Translations under genes and position numbers: made by a program
Part shown: positions 19,749 to 29,389 of the stretch, one piece after another
Layout of the letters: every line of letters starts with the position of its first letter
Position numbering within the stretch: the first letter of the stretch is position 1
The notes under the pieces: generated by a model
Seen by the model: only the letters and a program-made list of their open reading frames with translations
Databases searched by the model: none
What the model was told of the DNA's origin: nothing
NCBI GenBank assembly: GCA_964406665.1
Contig: CAYOSQ010000007.1
Span: 11,364 to 75,363 of the forward strand
From: an uncultured Planctomycetia bacterium
Lineage (GTDB): Bacteria > Omnitrophota > Gorgyraeia > VGKH01 > JBHPFN01
Reading direction: 5' to 3'
DNA length: 64,000 nucleotides

Positions 19749-20681
19749 TCAACTTTTAACTGCCTTAATGATTTCTTTTAAATCAATGACATCCATACAA
19801 TGCTTTTTTTGTTTACACTTAAAAGAATAACAAGGTAAACACTTATACATAGTTTTAGGCTTTATAACTATCCCTCTGCCGTAGAGATATACTTCTTTTT
19901 CATCAGTCGCACCAAAAAGGGTAATCACTTTCTTCTTAAATGCTAATGCCAAATGCAGGCCTAAGCTATCACTTGTTACAATAGTCTTACAAGAATTAAT
20001 CCAATCCATATAATCGTAGAGATTGTCCATTCCTTTTTGCCAAGAAACAGATAATTTATCTTTTTTTAGAAGTTTTTCTAGTTCTTTCCACTTTTTTGCG
20101 TTCATAGCTTTTGTAGGCCATTTCGAACCAACATAATAGTTAAAACCAACATCATACTTATTCTTTGTCTTTGGCTTATACCCGAGAGAATACTCTTGCT
20201 CTTTCCACTTCCCTCCGATCATTTCAACAATAATCTTCTGCCAGATGTTTCTTTGCCCTTTGGAAGCTTTTTCTGTAATGTATTCCTTAGCCACCATAGA
20301 CTGCATATAAGTATCATAAATACCTGTCTGAGAATTGAATCTAAAACCAATCCTTTCCCAAGCATCAATCATATCTGTTAATGCGCAAACGCCATCAATC
20401 TTTTCCAAATTGATAACAATGTCATATTTCTCACGCATAAGCACATAAGGAATAAACTCATCCCAGACTAAAAGCCTATCAATATGCTTATTGTTATTAA
20501 CTAAAGGAACTGCTTCGTTAGAGATAAGCCAGGTAATGTGCGAATTAGGGAACCTTTTCTTCAAAGGCTCTAAGATTACTGTACAGCGCACTACGTCGCC
20601 TAAGCTTACCACTTTGGTCATTTCCTGATCAAGAGTCTCAGAATAACCCATCTTTATTATTAATATTTTTTTATGTTCCAT
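19749..20681 (-). CDS. GT9 family (heptosyltransferase-like) glycosyltransferase
   Basis: LGDVVRCT, HITWL and VTSDSLGLHLALA..KKV..LFG.T with a C-terminal Cys cluster; start moved to ATG 20681 to avoid overlap. Confidence 0.85.
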   Translation of the reverse strand: MEHKKILIIKMGYSETLDQEMTKVVSLGDVVRCTVILEPLKKRFPNSHITWLISNEAVPLVNNNKHIDRLLVWDEFIPYVLMREKYDIVINLEKIDGVCALTDMIDAWERIGFRFNSQTGIYDTYMQSMVAKEYITEKASKGQRNIWQKIIVEMIGGKWKEQEYSLGYKPKTKNKYDVGFNYYVGSKWPTKAMNAKKWKELEKLLKKDKLSVSWQKGMDNLYDYMDWINSCKTIVTSDSLGLHLALAFKKKVITLFGATDEKEVYLYGRGIVIKPKTMYKCLPCYSFKCKQKKHCMDVIDLKEIIKAVKS

Positions 20682-20685
20682 CTTA

Positions 20686-21588
20686 TTACCCTTTCCTGAA
20701 GATATAGTTCTCTTGTTTATCGTATTCACTTGGTGTTTTAGTTTTTTCCGAAGCTACAATTGCAAATCCTTTACTCTTTAAAATCTCCATAACTTTTTTA
20801 TGTTCTTTGAGATTATCAAAAAGTTCTATGTATATCTCCTGGACATAATTAAGTGTTTTACTTAAACCTTCGGTTACCATAAGTTCATTTGTATCAACAT
20901 CAATTTTTAACTTTGTAGGATAGGGTAGCTTAAATAATTTAATCATATCATCTATATTCATGCAAAAAGTATCCAGCTTAAACATATCTTTTTCATTAAT
21001 GTTAAATAATGGTTTTCTACCAACAGTATTTAAAGCTCCTCCTTTAGAAAATTCCCGTATATAAAAAGGTTTTAAAGCTGTAGTATCATCACAAGCTATG
21101 GGTACCGGAGTAATTAAATCATTCATTCTGTTTTTATAAATATTTGAATAAAGTGTTTGTAGATTGTTTATTTCTGGTTCGAATGCATACACCTTTACAC
21201 CCTTTGTTTTAGCAGCGTATAATGAATAACCACCTATGTTAGCTCCCACATCAAAGAAAATATCATCTTTTTTAAAAGAATCTATCCATTCAACCATAAG
21301 CTTTTCTTCCGTAAGCAAAGTTTGCGCCCTCCAAACCAACCTACCGTGCCCTGTGGAAAAGATAAGCTTTTCATTATTTGGTAACTTAACTTTTATTACC
21401 GGATCAAGCATTTGTTGAATTTCAACATATAAACGATTATTGCTGTTAAGCCTAAACATGACAATAATAACTTTTGCTAAAGTTCTTATAAATTTCACTA
21501 AAAAGCTAGGTTTATATCCATATTTTCCATCTTTTTTACTATCCGGTGATGGATATAGTAAATTATTTAACTTATCCTTAAAAGTCAT
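20686..21588 (-). CDS. FkbM family methyltransferase
   Basis: FFDVGANIGGYS, AFEPE..N and LKIDVD..E; start moved to ATG 21588 (SD GAAAGG). Confidence 0.9.
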   Translation of the reverse strand: MTFKDKLNNLLYPSPDSKKDGKYGYKPSFLVKFIRTLAKVIIVMFRLNSNNRLYVEIQQMLDPVIKVKLPNNEKLIFSTGHGRLVWRAQTLLTEEKLMVEWIDSFKKDDIFFDVGANIGGYSLYAAKTKGVKVYAFEPEINNLQTLYSNIYKNRMNDLITPVPIACDDTTALKPFYIREFSKGGALNTVGRKPLFNINEKDMFKLDTFCMNIDDMIKLFKLPYPTKLKIDVDTNELMVTEGLSKTLNYVQEIYIELFDNLKEHKKVMEILKSKGFAIVASEKTKTPSEYDKQENYIFRKG

Positions 21589-21602
21589 AGCAAACCTTTC
21601 TT

Positions 21603-22725
21603 TTATTCTAGAATTCCTGACCAAGGCAAAACAACAGAAATGTCTTTAGTATCCTTAAGCTTATGCTTAATTTCTGCCTGAATATCTTTATTATTGCTGC
21701 ACACCACAATAACGTCCCCATTTTTAAAATTTTCCACTCTTGGCAAGCGAAAGATTTTCTCGAACTTTCCTTTATAGCTATCGTCAAAATAGAAACAAAT
21801 TCCTCTATCTAAATTATTTCCTTGAACGAGCTCCTTAAATAAAGCCTGAAAATAATAAGAAACACCATAAAAAATGATTCGCTTGCCTTCAGAAGCCTTC
21901 TCACTTACTTTTTTTATAATTTCAGCTTTATTTATTTTAAACTTATCGAATAATGGTTTAACGTCAATTCTATCGCTGCCAGATTTCAGACTCTGTTTAT
22001 CTTTTCTAGCTAACACTCTTAAGAAATTTTTAGTATCACTATAGCAAATCTTAAAACCTTCTAAAGTATCTGATAAAGAACTAAGGTTAAAAAAGCTTAC
22101 GTGCTCAGGAGAAAAGTCTTCAACAAGAAATTCAAGAGAGTTATTCAAATATGGAATTTCGATAAAAAGTAATCCGTCATCATGCAATATTTCTTTTGCT
22201 TCAGCAATGATATTCTTCGAATTCTTCAAATGCTCTAAAGTATGATCTAAAATAATCAAATCGAATTTATAATCAAAAATGTCTTCTCTAAATTGTTTCT
22301 TTATTGTTGGTACTGATACATCGATATTCGCAGGATCAACACCCAAAATTTCCACAGAAGGATTCTTTTCCTTAATCATATACAAAATATCACCGCGGTT
22401 TGAGCCAATTTCTAAGATTTTAATATTTTTTTTTAGGCAACTTTCCAATAATTAAATTAACTTTATCAATATTTTCTCTACTTCTTCTGGGAAACTCGAA
22501 TAAATCACTTTTTCTAAATTCTGCATAAACCTTTTTAATTATTTCATCATATTGCTTAGAATAAGCACTCCCCTGAAATACATAACCACAATCTTTACAC
22601 TGACTAATTAAAAACATCATGCTTCTTTCACTATTGGAAAAATACGCGCTTTCACTAGAATACACTTCCTCTAAATTAGAGCTTTCACACAGCGGACAGA
22701 TTGTACCTACTTTATTTTTTTTCAT
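21603..22725 (-). pseudogene. Zn-finger plus class I SAM methyltransferase (NDP-sugar C-methyltransferase-like), split by a frameshift in an A9 tract
   Basis: ORF 22420-22725 carries CPLC..CKDC; ORF 21603-22448 carries LEIGS..G and HTLEH; removing one A at 22426-22434 fuses them into 373 aa. Confidence 0.75.
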
Positions 22726-22728
22726 TGC

Positions 22729-23835
22729 TTAGATATATTCCATCAATTTCATACAATCCTTAACAATAATGTCCATATTGTCATAGTGGTATTTACCCAT
22801 CCTGCCAATGGAATAACAATCTTCTGGTAACAAAGCAAGATACTTATTGGCTTTTCTTATTTCCGATTTAAGTGGATAAGGATAAAGCTTGTTACCGAAA
22901 GATGGAAATTCAACCACTATTAATGTATCTGGAGATTTATATCCGGTCAAAAGCTTATATTCCATAACCCTTGTATAGGGCTCATCACCTGCATAATGCA
23001 AATAGTAATACGGCTCCGGGGTAACCTGCTTACAAGGTAAGATTATCTTTAAGAAGTCTCTACCGATATATTTAAGCTCACCGAATTTATAATCAAACAC
23101 CAGATCTATCGATGCTGAAGAAACAACAATATCAGCCGAAAACCACTTCCCCTTAACTAAAACTCTCTTTTTCTTTAAATTGAATTTCTCTACATAAGAA
23201 TTATAAATCACCTTACAACCTTCAACACATCTATCAAAATAAGAGTTATACCCATCAAGCTCAACTGGATAGGCAATAATCTTCTTCTTATCAAAGCATT
23301 GCTTAGAGCCCTGCTTTAATGCAACGCCTTTTGGAGAGAAAGAAAATTCATCTATGCTTCTGTTGTCTTTCATTTGCCACATCTTTTCAGAATATTTATG
23401 TATAAATTTATCATAAAGCGTTTTTCCCACAGAACGGATCCAGTAATCTTCAAAGTTTTTTGCAGATTTGATATCCTTTCTCTTTAGAAGCTCTCTATAA
23501 ACCCTATCTTTATCTGGCATACCATTAATCTCAGCTTTGTGAATTGGATATGTATAAAACTTGTTATCATCAGATACATAAGTTAAACAATGGTGTTTAA
23601 GTTTGCGTAACTTCAAAAATTTACTGAAATAATCCCAAACATACATCTCCTTCAGATCAATCAGAAGATGGCGTGGTCCGTAAGTGAAAGGATGACCATG
23701 ATAGAAGTACGTTCTACACCCTCCTCCTAGCTCATGACTTGCCTCCACAATTGTTACGTTAAAACCTTTTTGCTTTAACATATATGCGGCAGTGCAACCG
23801 GCAAATCCACCGCCAACTACCAAAGCTTTTTTCAT
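22729..23835 (-). CDS. glf: FAD-dependent UDP-galactopyranose mutase-like protein
   Basis: GGGFAG, LGGGC, YGP, YSEKMW, YP..GY, PYTRVMEYK, YPYP and GRMGKYHY.NMD. Confidence 0.8.
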   Translation of the reverse strand: MKKALVVGGGFAGCTAAYMLKQKGFNVTIVEASHELGGGCRTYFYHGHPFTYGPRHLLIDLKEMYVWDYFSKFLKLRKLKHHCLTYVSDDNKFYTYPIHKAEINGMPDKDRVYRELLKRKDIKSAKNFEDYWIRSVGKTLYDKFIHKYSEKMWQMKDNRSIDEFSFSPKGVALKQGSKQCFDKKKIIAYPVELDGYNSYFDRCVEGCKVIYNSYVEKFNLKKKRVLVKGKWFSADIVVSSASIDLVFDYKFGELKYIGRDFLKIILPCKQVTPEPYYYLHYAGDEPYTRVMEYKLLTGYKSPDTLIVVEFPSFGNKLYPYPLKSEIRKANKYLALLPEDCYSIGRMGKYHYDNMDIIVKDCMKLMEYI

Positions 23836-23866
23836 ACCCCTAACTCCTTAAGATTAATTTAAATCC

Positions 23867-23898
23867 AGATTGTTATATAACATGTTATATAACAATCT
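23867..23898. repeat. Perfect 32-bp palindrome AGATTGTTATATAACATGTTATATAACAATCT containing two tandem TGTTATATAACA
   Basis: Checked base by base; equals its own reverse complement. Confidence 0.95.
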
Positions 23899-24850
23899 AT
23901 CCGGAAAACTTTTCATAAAACTTATTTGATTTAGGGAATTCCTCATCAAATAAATTCTTATATGTTGAATAAACCTCATTCTTATTTGTAGATGGAAGAG
24001 ATAGCATATATTTAAATAAAAACGCGATCTTTTCTTTTAATTTCTTAAATAACGGATCGTTTTTAAAACCATCAAATTTAACTTTTTTCTGATCTTTTGC
24101 TCGCTGCATTAAATAAATCGCAATATCAGTTGCATTATTATTCATAAGAAACAACCCCAGCAAAACAACGTTCTCTGCAATTTTTGTGCTATTTTGCTTA
24201 AAAATAATCTCCGGATCTCTGATCCACACTGTCTCACACCCAATTAGTTGTCCATATTTATTCGGAAGGGTGAACTTGCTTAATGCGTGGCCTCGTCCAT
24301 CATAGTTTAGGTTTATTAATTCGAATTTATGCTCTTTTAAGAAATTATGAATGTCTCCAAATAAAGGTGCACCTATATATACCGGAAGAAAATATGTCTC
24401 CAGCCTAATACCCAATACAGTTGAGTCGAGAACGCTTTCTGCTCCTTTTAGAACCTCTAATTCTGTTCCCTCTGTATCGATTTTTAAAAAATGAATATCT
24501 TTATTATGAAATATCGAATCAATTGTTTTAACTGCTACTTTCTTCTCCGAAACAATATCGGCTTCATTTACCATAAACATTTTCTTTTTTCTTAAGGCAG
24601 AATCATTGCTCAAGATTGAGCTTAAGCCATTATGAGCTCTTTGCTTAAAGTTCACCTTACCATCAGAGCTATAGAGCCCCTGGGAATAAACTTCAATATT
24701 CCTATTATCCGCATATTTTTTCCTTAAACGCAAAGCTTCTTTAAAATCCATTTCAAATAGATGAAAATTAGCAATGTCACACAGCTCTTTCCATGTTGGA
24801 TGCAACCCGTAACGCGCTCCCACATCAATAACATTACATTTTAATTTCAT
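23897..24850 (-). CDS. FkbM family methyltransferase
   Basis: IDVGARYG and FLKIDTEGTELEVLKGA. Confidence 0.88.
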   Translation of the reverse strand: MKLKCNVIDVGARYGLHPTWKELCDIANFHLFEMDFKEALRLRKKYADNRNIEVYSQGLYSSDGKVNFKQRAHNGLSSILSNDSALRKKKMFMVNEADIVSEKKVAVKTIDSIFHNKDIHFLKIDTEGTELEVLKGAESVLDSTVLGIRLETYFLPVYIGAPLFGDIHNFLKEHKFELINLNYDGRGHALSKFTLPNKYGQLIGCETVWIRDPEIIFKQNSTKIAENVVLLGLFLMNNNATDIAIYLMQRAKDQKKVKFDGFKNDPLFKKLKEKIAFLFKYMLSLPSTNKNEVYSTYKNLFDEEFPKSNKFYEKFSG

Positions 24851-25929
24851 TTTTTGACTTCCTTTCTTGATTTAACATAGCAAAATTTACAGGCGCCTGG
24901 AATATTCATATCTAGATGTTTTTTTCTAAAATCTTTATATTGCTTAGAATTCCAAATTGATTTCAAATCACCCAACTTACCTAAACAAAAAATGTCAGGA
25001 TTACCTATCATGCAACAAGGTACAACCTTTTTATCCGAAGAAATAAAAGATCTCTCAAACGGCCAGGGACAAATGTTGTCTTTCGAATATTTTGTGGTAA
25101 TATCCCAAAATGATAAGTTTATATTTTCCTGGGCTGCCTGGTCTAACAAACTATCGATGTCTGATTGAGTGACGGCATTTGAAATGCGCTTAATTTTATT
25201 TTTCTTATCCCACTCTTTACTTCCCCATGCGCTTACATCTAAACTTATGGTTAATCTTTTGAATCCCAGTTTTTTCGCAAAAGTTGGGAATTTATGAAGC
25301 TCTTTAAAATTATCCTTTTGCAAGAGAGCCCACATTCTCGTTTTGTCAGTCCCAAATTTGTCGCAATACTCATTTATAAGCTTGCAGTTTTCTACAACAC
25401 GCTTAAAACGTGCGCCTTTTCTAATATTCTCATAAACGGATTTCGTGGTCCCATCTATGGAAATCTGCACTTCTCCATTAATAAAATCAACTATCTTCTT
25501 ATAATAGTCATTCTTATGGATTACAGTTGCATTTGTAGTAGTCCTAACCCAGATATCTTTCGCACTTGCATACTTAACCATCTCAATAAAATCGTCCTGC
25601 AGAAATGGCTCTCCCAGACCCTGAAGCTTAAGCTCGAAAACTCCTACTTGGTCATCAATAATTCTTTTGAAATCATCAAAACTAAGATCTGAGGCCCTCT
25701 TTTTTGATTTAAATGTTGATACCTGGCACATATCACAGCTTAAATTACACCTACTAACGTTCTCTATATCTAACTTAACAGGTAAATAATTAGGCTCTAT
25801 TGAGGTTTTCGAATTCTTGAATTTTTTATAGTTCTCATAACGCCCAGGGAACCTTTCAAAGCCCCGCTCTAAAGTTTCATTATAGGCAGCAAGGTCCGCC
25901 GAAGGTTTAGGAAATTTAAGCTTTTTCAT
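24847..25929 (-). CDS. Radical SAM protein with SPASM/twitch domain
   Basis: CNLSCDMC, GLGEP, ISIDG and CPWP...VVPCC...CKFC. Confidence 0.92.
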   Translation of the reverse strand: MKKLKFPKPSADLAAYNETLERGFERFPGRYENYKKFKNSKTSIEPNYLPVKLDIENVSRCNLSCDMCQVSTFKSKKRASDLSFDDFKRIIDDQVGVFELKLQGLGEPFLQDDFIEMVKYASAKDIWVRTTTNATVIHKNDYYKKIVDFINGEVQISIDGTTKSVYENIRKGARFKRVVENCKLINEYCDKFGTDKTRMWALLQKDNFKELHKFPTFAKKLGFKRLTISLDVSAWGSKEWDKKNKIKRISNAVTQSDIDSLLDQAAQENINLSFWDITTKYSKDNICPWPFERSFISSDKKVVPCCMIGNPDIFCLGKLGDLKSIWNSKQYKDFRKKHLDMNIPGACKFCYVKSRKEVKK

Positions 25930-26710
25930 ACTCTATCCTTTGCCTAACCCAAGTTCTCAAAACTTCCTCTGAATTATTGGGGAAAAAATTGTATTTTTTT
26001 TGTGCCTTTTTAATCGATAAGTTAAAAAAGTTTCTATGCCTTTCTTCAATTAGTAGCTTAGACGGAGAATTAAGCTTGTCTTTAACAATTTCAATTACTT
26101 CTTTCAATGTTTTGTCTTTATTCGATGCTAAATTAATTACGTCAAATTTTTCTTTCAAATACAAATTACTTACGAACCTAAATATATCCTCTATTGATAT
26201 AAAATTGTTAAAGATTCTATCTGAATTAAATATCTCAACGTGTTCTTCTTTTAATAACTTTAAGAAACTTCTAGAAAGCAAGTTTGTTTCATTTTTAAAA
26301 CTTAGTATTGCAGGAAAGCGCAAACATAAACAATCCAATTCACTACTCTCTAGCATATCCTCACCTAAAAGCTTAAGCGCGCCATACAAACAAGGAGTCA
26401 AGCCGATATCATCTTCACATACGTTTTCCTTATCAATATCTCCATAAACTGAAGCTGCAGAGAAAAAAATCAGTTCTTTTATTTTATTCTTTTCAGCAAA
26501 ATTAATTACTTTCTTAAGAAAAGCTATGTTAGATTCATGCATTTCTGAATCAGTGGCAGGTGGCGATTTAGCTGCTAAATGTAAAATTCTTTTAGCACTT
26601 ACATCTTGATTCAAATCTAACGGTGCGATATCTGCCCCAGAATCTTTAAACAGCTTATACAAAACGGAGCCTACGCCACCAAGATGCCCTGTCATTAATA
26701 TTTTTTCCAT
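25916..26710 (-). CDS. NAD-dependent epimerase/dehydratase (extended SDR)
   Basis: TGHLGGVG, HLAA, FSAASVYG and YGALK; start at ATG 26710 with SD AAGGAG. Confidence 0.88.
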   Translation of the reverse strand: MEKILMTGHLGGVGSVLYKLFKDSGADIAPLDLNQDVSAKRILHLAAKSPPATDSEMHESNIAFLKKVINFAEKNKIKELIFFSAASVYGDIDKENVCEDDIGLTPCLYGALKLLGEDMLESSELDCLCLRFPAILSFKNETNLLSRSFLKLLKEEHVEIFNSDRIFNNFISIEDIFRFVSNLYLKEKFDVINLASNKDKTLKEVIEIVKDKLNSPSKLLIEERHRNFFNLSIKKAQKKYNFFPNNSEEVLRTWVRQRIEYEKA

Positions 26711-26723
26711 TTGCTTACTCCTT

Positions 26724-27803
26724 TTAAACAAAATCTAAATGCTCTCTGTCAGCATTTAGATATTCTAAAATCATCCTGTTTTTTGCATCTGCCACACAAT
26801 GATGATTACAAACCAAAGTTGGATTAATCTTAAAAAACTTGTCTTTACTACTAAACCAAAAATCCTTAAACCTTTTATCCTTTATTGTTCCTATTAAACC
26901 ATCTGCAAGATTATATGCCTTATCCTGACAAGGATAAATATTTAAATCTGCCCCTATAACCGGTAAGATTTGCAAATACGGGCACCATTTATACTTCTTT
27001 TCAAATCCATCTTCAAGCTCATGATATGAATCATAAATCTCAAAAGAATCATCTGCGAATTCTTCACTTGCTCGATTAATTTGACATTTTATAAGATCCA
27101 AAAGAGACTTGTGATACTTTTTATTTTTTTCCGCAGAATTACTGATAACACACGGGGAAACTTTAACGCTGTCAATTTTAATTTTTTTTAGCTTTTCAAT
27201 AAAATCAAATATGTGATTAGCATTATATTTATCAACTATAATCACTACACCTAAATAGCAGTTTCCTTTAATTCTTTTAAAATCTTCCATGTTTTTCATT
27301 ATCTTGGGAAACTCATCTTTCTTCACTCCTCTGTATTCTGCATAGCTTTCTTCATCCCAACCATCCATTGAAACCCTAAGCCAAGTAGCATTCTTGGCAA
27401 ATATTTCGGCAATTTCCCCTTCAAGCAAAGAACCATTGGTAAGCGCAGAAAATTTAATTGATGTCTTAGATAGCTTTTTTATAGTTTCTAGAATATGTGG
27501 ATAGCAAAACGGCTCTCCCCCTCCGCTAAAAGTAACTGCTTTAACTCCCATTTCAACTAAATCATCAATAATTTCAAACATTTTATCTCTAGGGATAAAA
27601 TCTTTCTTAGACATATCCTGTCCGAGTTGAAGATCATCTGTCTTATAAGCACAATAACTACAGTTATGCTGACACGTATTAGTAGGCTTTATCCTGATGT
27701 GTAGTGGTGATAATATTTTTGAATTTTCTTTTACAAGAGAATCAAGCTTGTCTTTGAAATGAAATATCTTAAGCTTCGTATAGAGAATTTTCTTATTTTT
27801 CAT
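26724..27803 (-). CDS. Radical SAM protein with C-terminal auxiliary-cluster cysteines
   Basis: CQHNCSYC, FSGGGEP, TNG and CPY..IYPC..CNHHC; start moved to ATG 27803. Confidence 0.92.
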   Translation of the reverse strand: MKNKKILYTKLKIFHFKDKLDSLVKENSKILSPLHIRIKPTNTCQHNCSYCAYKTDDLQLGQDMSKKDFIPRDKMFEIIDDLVEMGVKAVTFSGGGEPFCYPHILETIKKLSKTSIKFSALTNGSLLEGEIAEIFAKNATWLRVSMDGWDEESYAEYRGVKKDEFPKIMKNMEDFKRIKGNCYLGVVIIVDKYNANHIFDFIEKLKKIKIDSVKVSPCVISNSAEKNKKYHKSLLDLIKCQINRASEEFADDSFEIYDSYHELEDGFEKKYKWCPYLQILPVIGADLNIYPCQDKAYNLADGLIGTIKDKRFKDFWFSSKDKFFKINPTLVCNHHCVADAKNRMILEYLNADREHLDFV

Positions 27804-27804
27804 T

Positions 27805-28467
27805 TTATTCAAAATATATAAACTCAAAATCTCCGCTGTAGTCAAATTCCTTCAACAGCCACTCCCACTCTTGTTTGCCGAAGAAAGACTCACAAGTAAG
27901 CGCCCAACACTGAAGGTTAAAAAGCTCGGTTTCGTTTCTGAAGCTTTCCACAACTACGTATTTATTCTTTCCGACTCTCTCCATTTCACCAATTGCCTTT
28001 TTTAAATCGAAGATCGCCAAATTATGCAATGTCGTAATCGAAATCACCAAATCGAACTCATTATCGTCAAACGCATATTTATCCTGCGCCCTATGCTGAA
28101 AAAGATTCGACCTCACCTCTTCTTTAGCATTCTCTAGCGCATACCCTGAAATATCTATTCCTTTTACAGTACAATTTGACAACAATTGAGTAAATTCGTA
28201 TAAAAGATGTGCCTTACCACAACCTACGTCAAGAATCTTAGCGTTATCTTTCAATCCATAGACATCAATTAATTTTTCGGCAACGACCTTCCATCTGCCG
28301 TCATATCTATACCCTCCATATCCAAATCGCCTATTTCCATCCCAGTAATCCTGGCCATATTCTTTTGCCACTTTCATACAATGTACCTTTTTATCCTGCA
28401 TTCTGTCGATATAATCTCTTTTTGTTTTTTTATGAAGTGGCGTAACAATATTCATTAACTTACCCAT
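27805..28467 (-). CDS. Class I SAM-dependent methyltransferase
   Basis: ILDVGCGK, GIDISGYA and FDLVIS..TLHNL; start at ATG 28467 with SD GAGGT. Confidence 0.88.
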   Translation of the reverse strand: MGKLMNIVTPLHKKTKRDYIDRMQDKKVHCMKVAKEYGQDYWDGNRRFGYGGYRYDGRWKVVAEKLIDVYGLKDNAKILDVGCGKAHLLYEFTQLLSNCTVKGIDISGYALENAKEEVRSNLFQHRAQDKYAFDDNEFDLVISITTLHNLAIFDLKKAIGEMERVGKNKYVVVESFRNETELFNLQCWALTCESFFGKQEWEWLLKEFDYSGDFEFIYFE

Positions 28468-28474
28468 GACTACC

Positions 28475-29389
28475 TCACTTTGTGATTTTCTCGATATAGA
28501 TAGAAATCTCTTCAGCTGAAATTCCGAAATAATCGCGCATTCCATTTAGATCTTTGATTTCATGAATGAATTTATTTCTGATTCCCAGATTATGAAGCTT
28601 CCATTTAGGATTTCTCTTTAAGTATTCTTGAGCAATTATTGAACCTAAGCCACAAGTTAAATAATGTTCTTCAACAACAACCAAATTTTTTACATCTCTG
28701 CAAAGAAAAAAAAGTTTATCAAAATCAAGTGGCATGATCATTGGATTAGATATAAGTTTTGGCTTAATGCCTTTTTTAATCAATATGTCTCTAGCCTTTA
28801 TCACTTCTATACCGATTGAGCCATGAAAAACAATAGCTACGTCCTCTCCATCATTTATCAACTGTGGCTGAGATATATCAAACTTAGAATCTTTATGGAT
28901 ATTTGGTTCGCCTTTTTTTGCCAACCTTACATATAGTGGAGTTTCGCAGTTAAGTGAAAACTCTGCAGCTAATTTTGATTCTATAAGGTCTGCTGGAGAA
29001 ATCACAGCAAGGTTCGGCAATGTCTGAGCAATGCCCAAATCTTCTATAGAATAATGCGTCATCCCCTGCAATGGATAAGTTATGCCGCTTCCAATTCCCG
29101 TTAAGGTGACCGCAAGTCTCTGATAACAGATATCATTTCTGATTTGCTCATAGCATCTATACAATAAGAATGGAATTATGTTATAGGCATACACTTTAAA
29201 TCCAGCCAGCGAAAGACCAGCAGAGAAACTAATCATGTTTTGCTCGGCAATACCTAAATTAAGAAAATTATCAGCGCAACCTTCTTTCAATTCATCAAAC
29301 ACGCCTAAGCCCGCATCACCGCTGATTATAAACATATCTTTGCGTTTTTTTGCGTTATTTAAAACAGTATTGACGAATGCATTTCTCAT
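28475..29389 (-). CDS. Transketolase-like ThDP enzyme, C-terminal subunit
   Basis: NLGIAEQNM..FSAGL, RCYEQIRND, THYSIED, YVRL and VEEH...GLGS. Confidence 0.92.
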   Translation of the reverse strand: MRNAFVNTVLNNAKKRKDMFIISGDAGLGVFDELKEGCADNFLNLGIAEQNMISFSAGLSLAGFKVYAYNIIPFLLYRCYEQIRNDICYQRLAVTLTGIGSGITYPLQGMTHYSIEDLGIAQTLPNLAVISPADLIESKLAAEFSLNCETPLYVRLAKKGEPNIHKDSKFDISQPQLINDGEDVAIVFHGSIGIEVIKARDILIKKGIKPKLISNPMIMPLDFDKLFFLCRDVKNLVVVEEHYLTCGLGSIIAQEYLKRNPKWKLHNLGIRNKFIHEIKDLNGMRDYFGISAEEISIYIEKITK

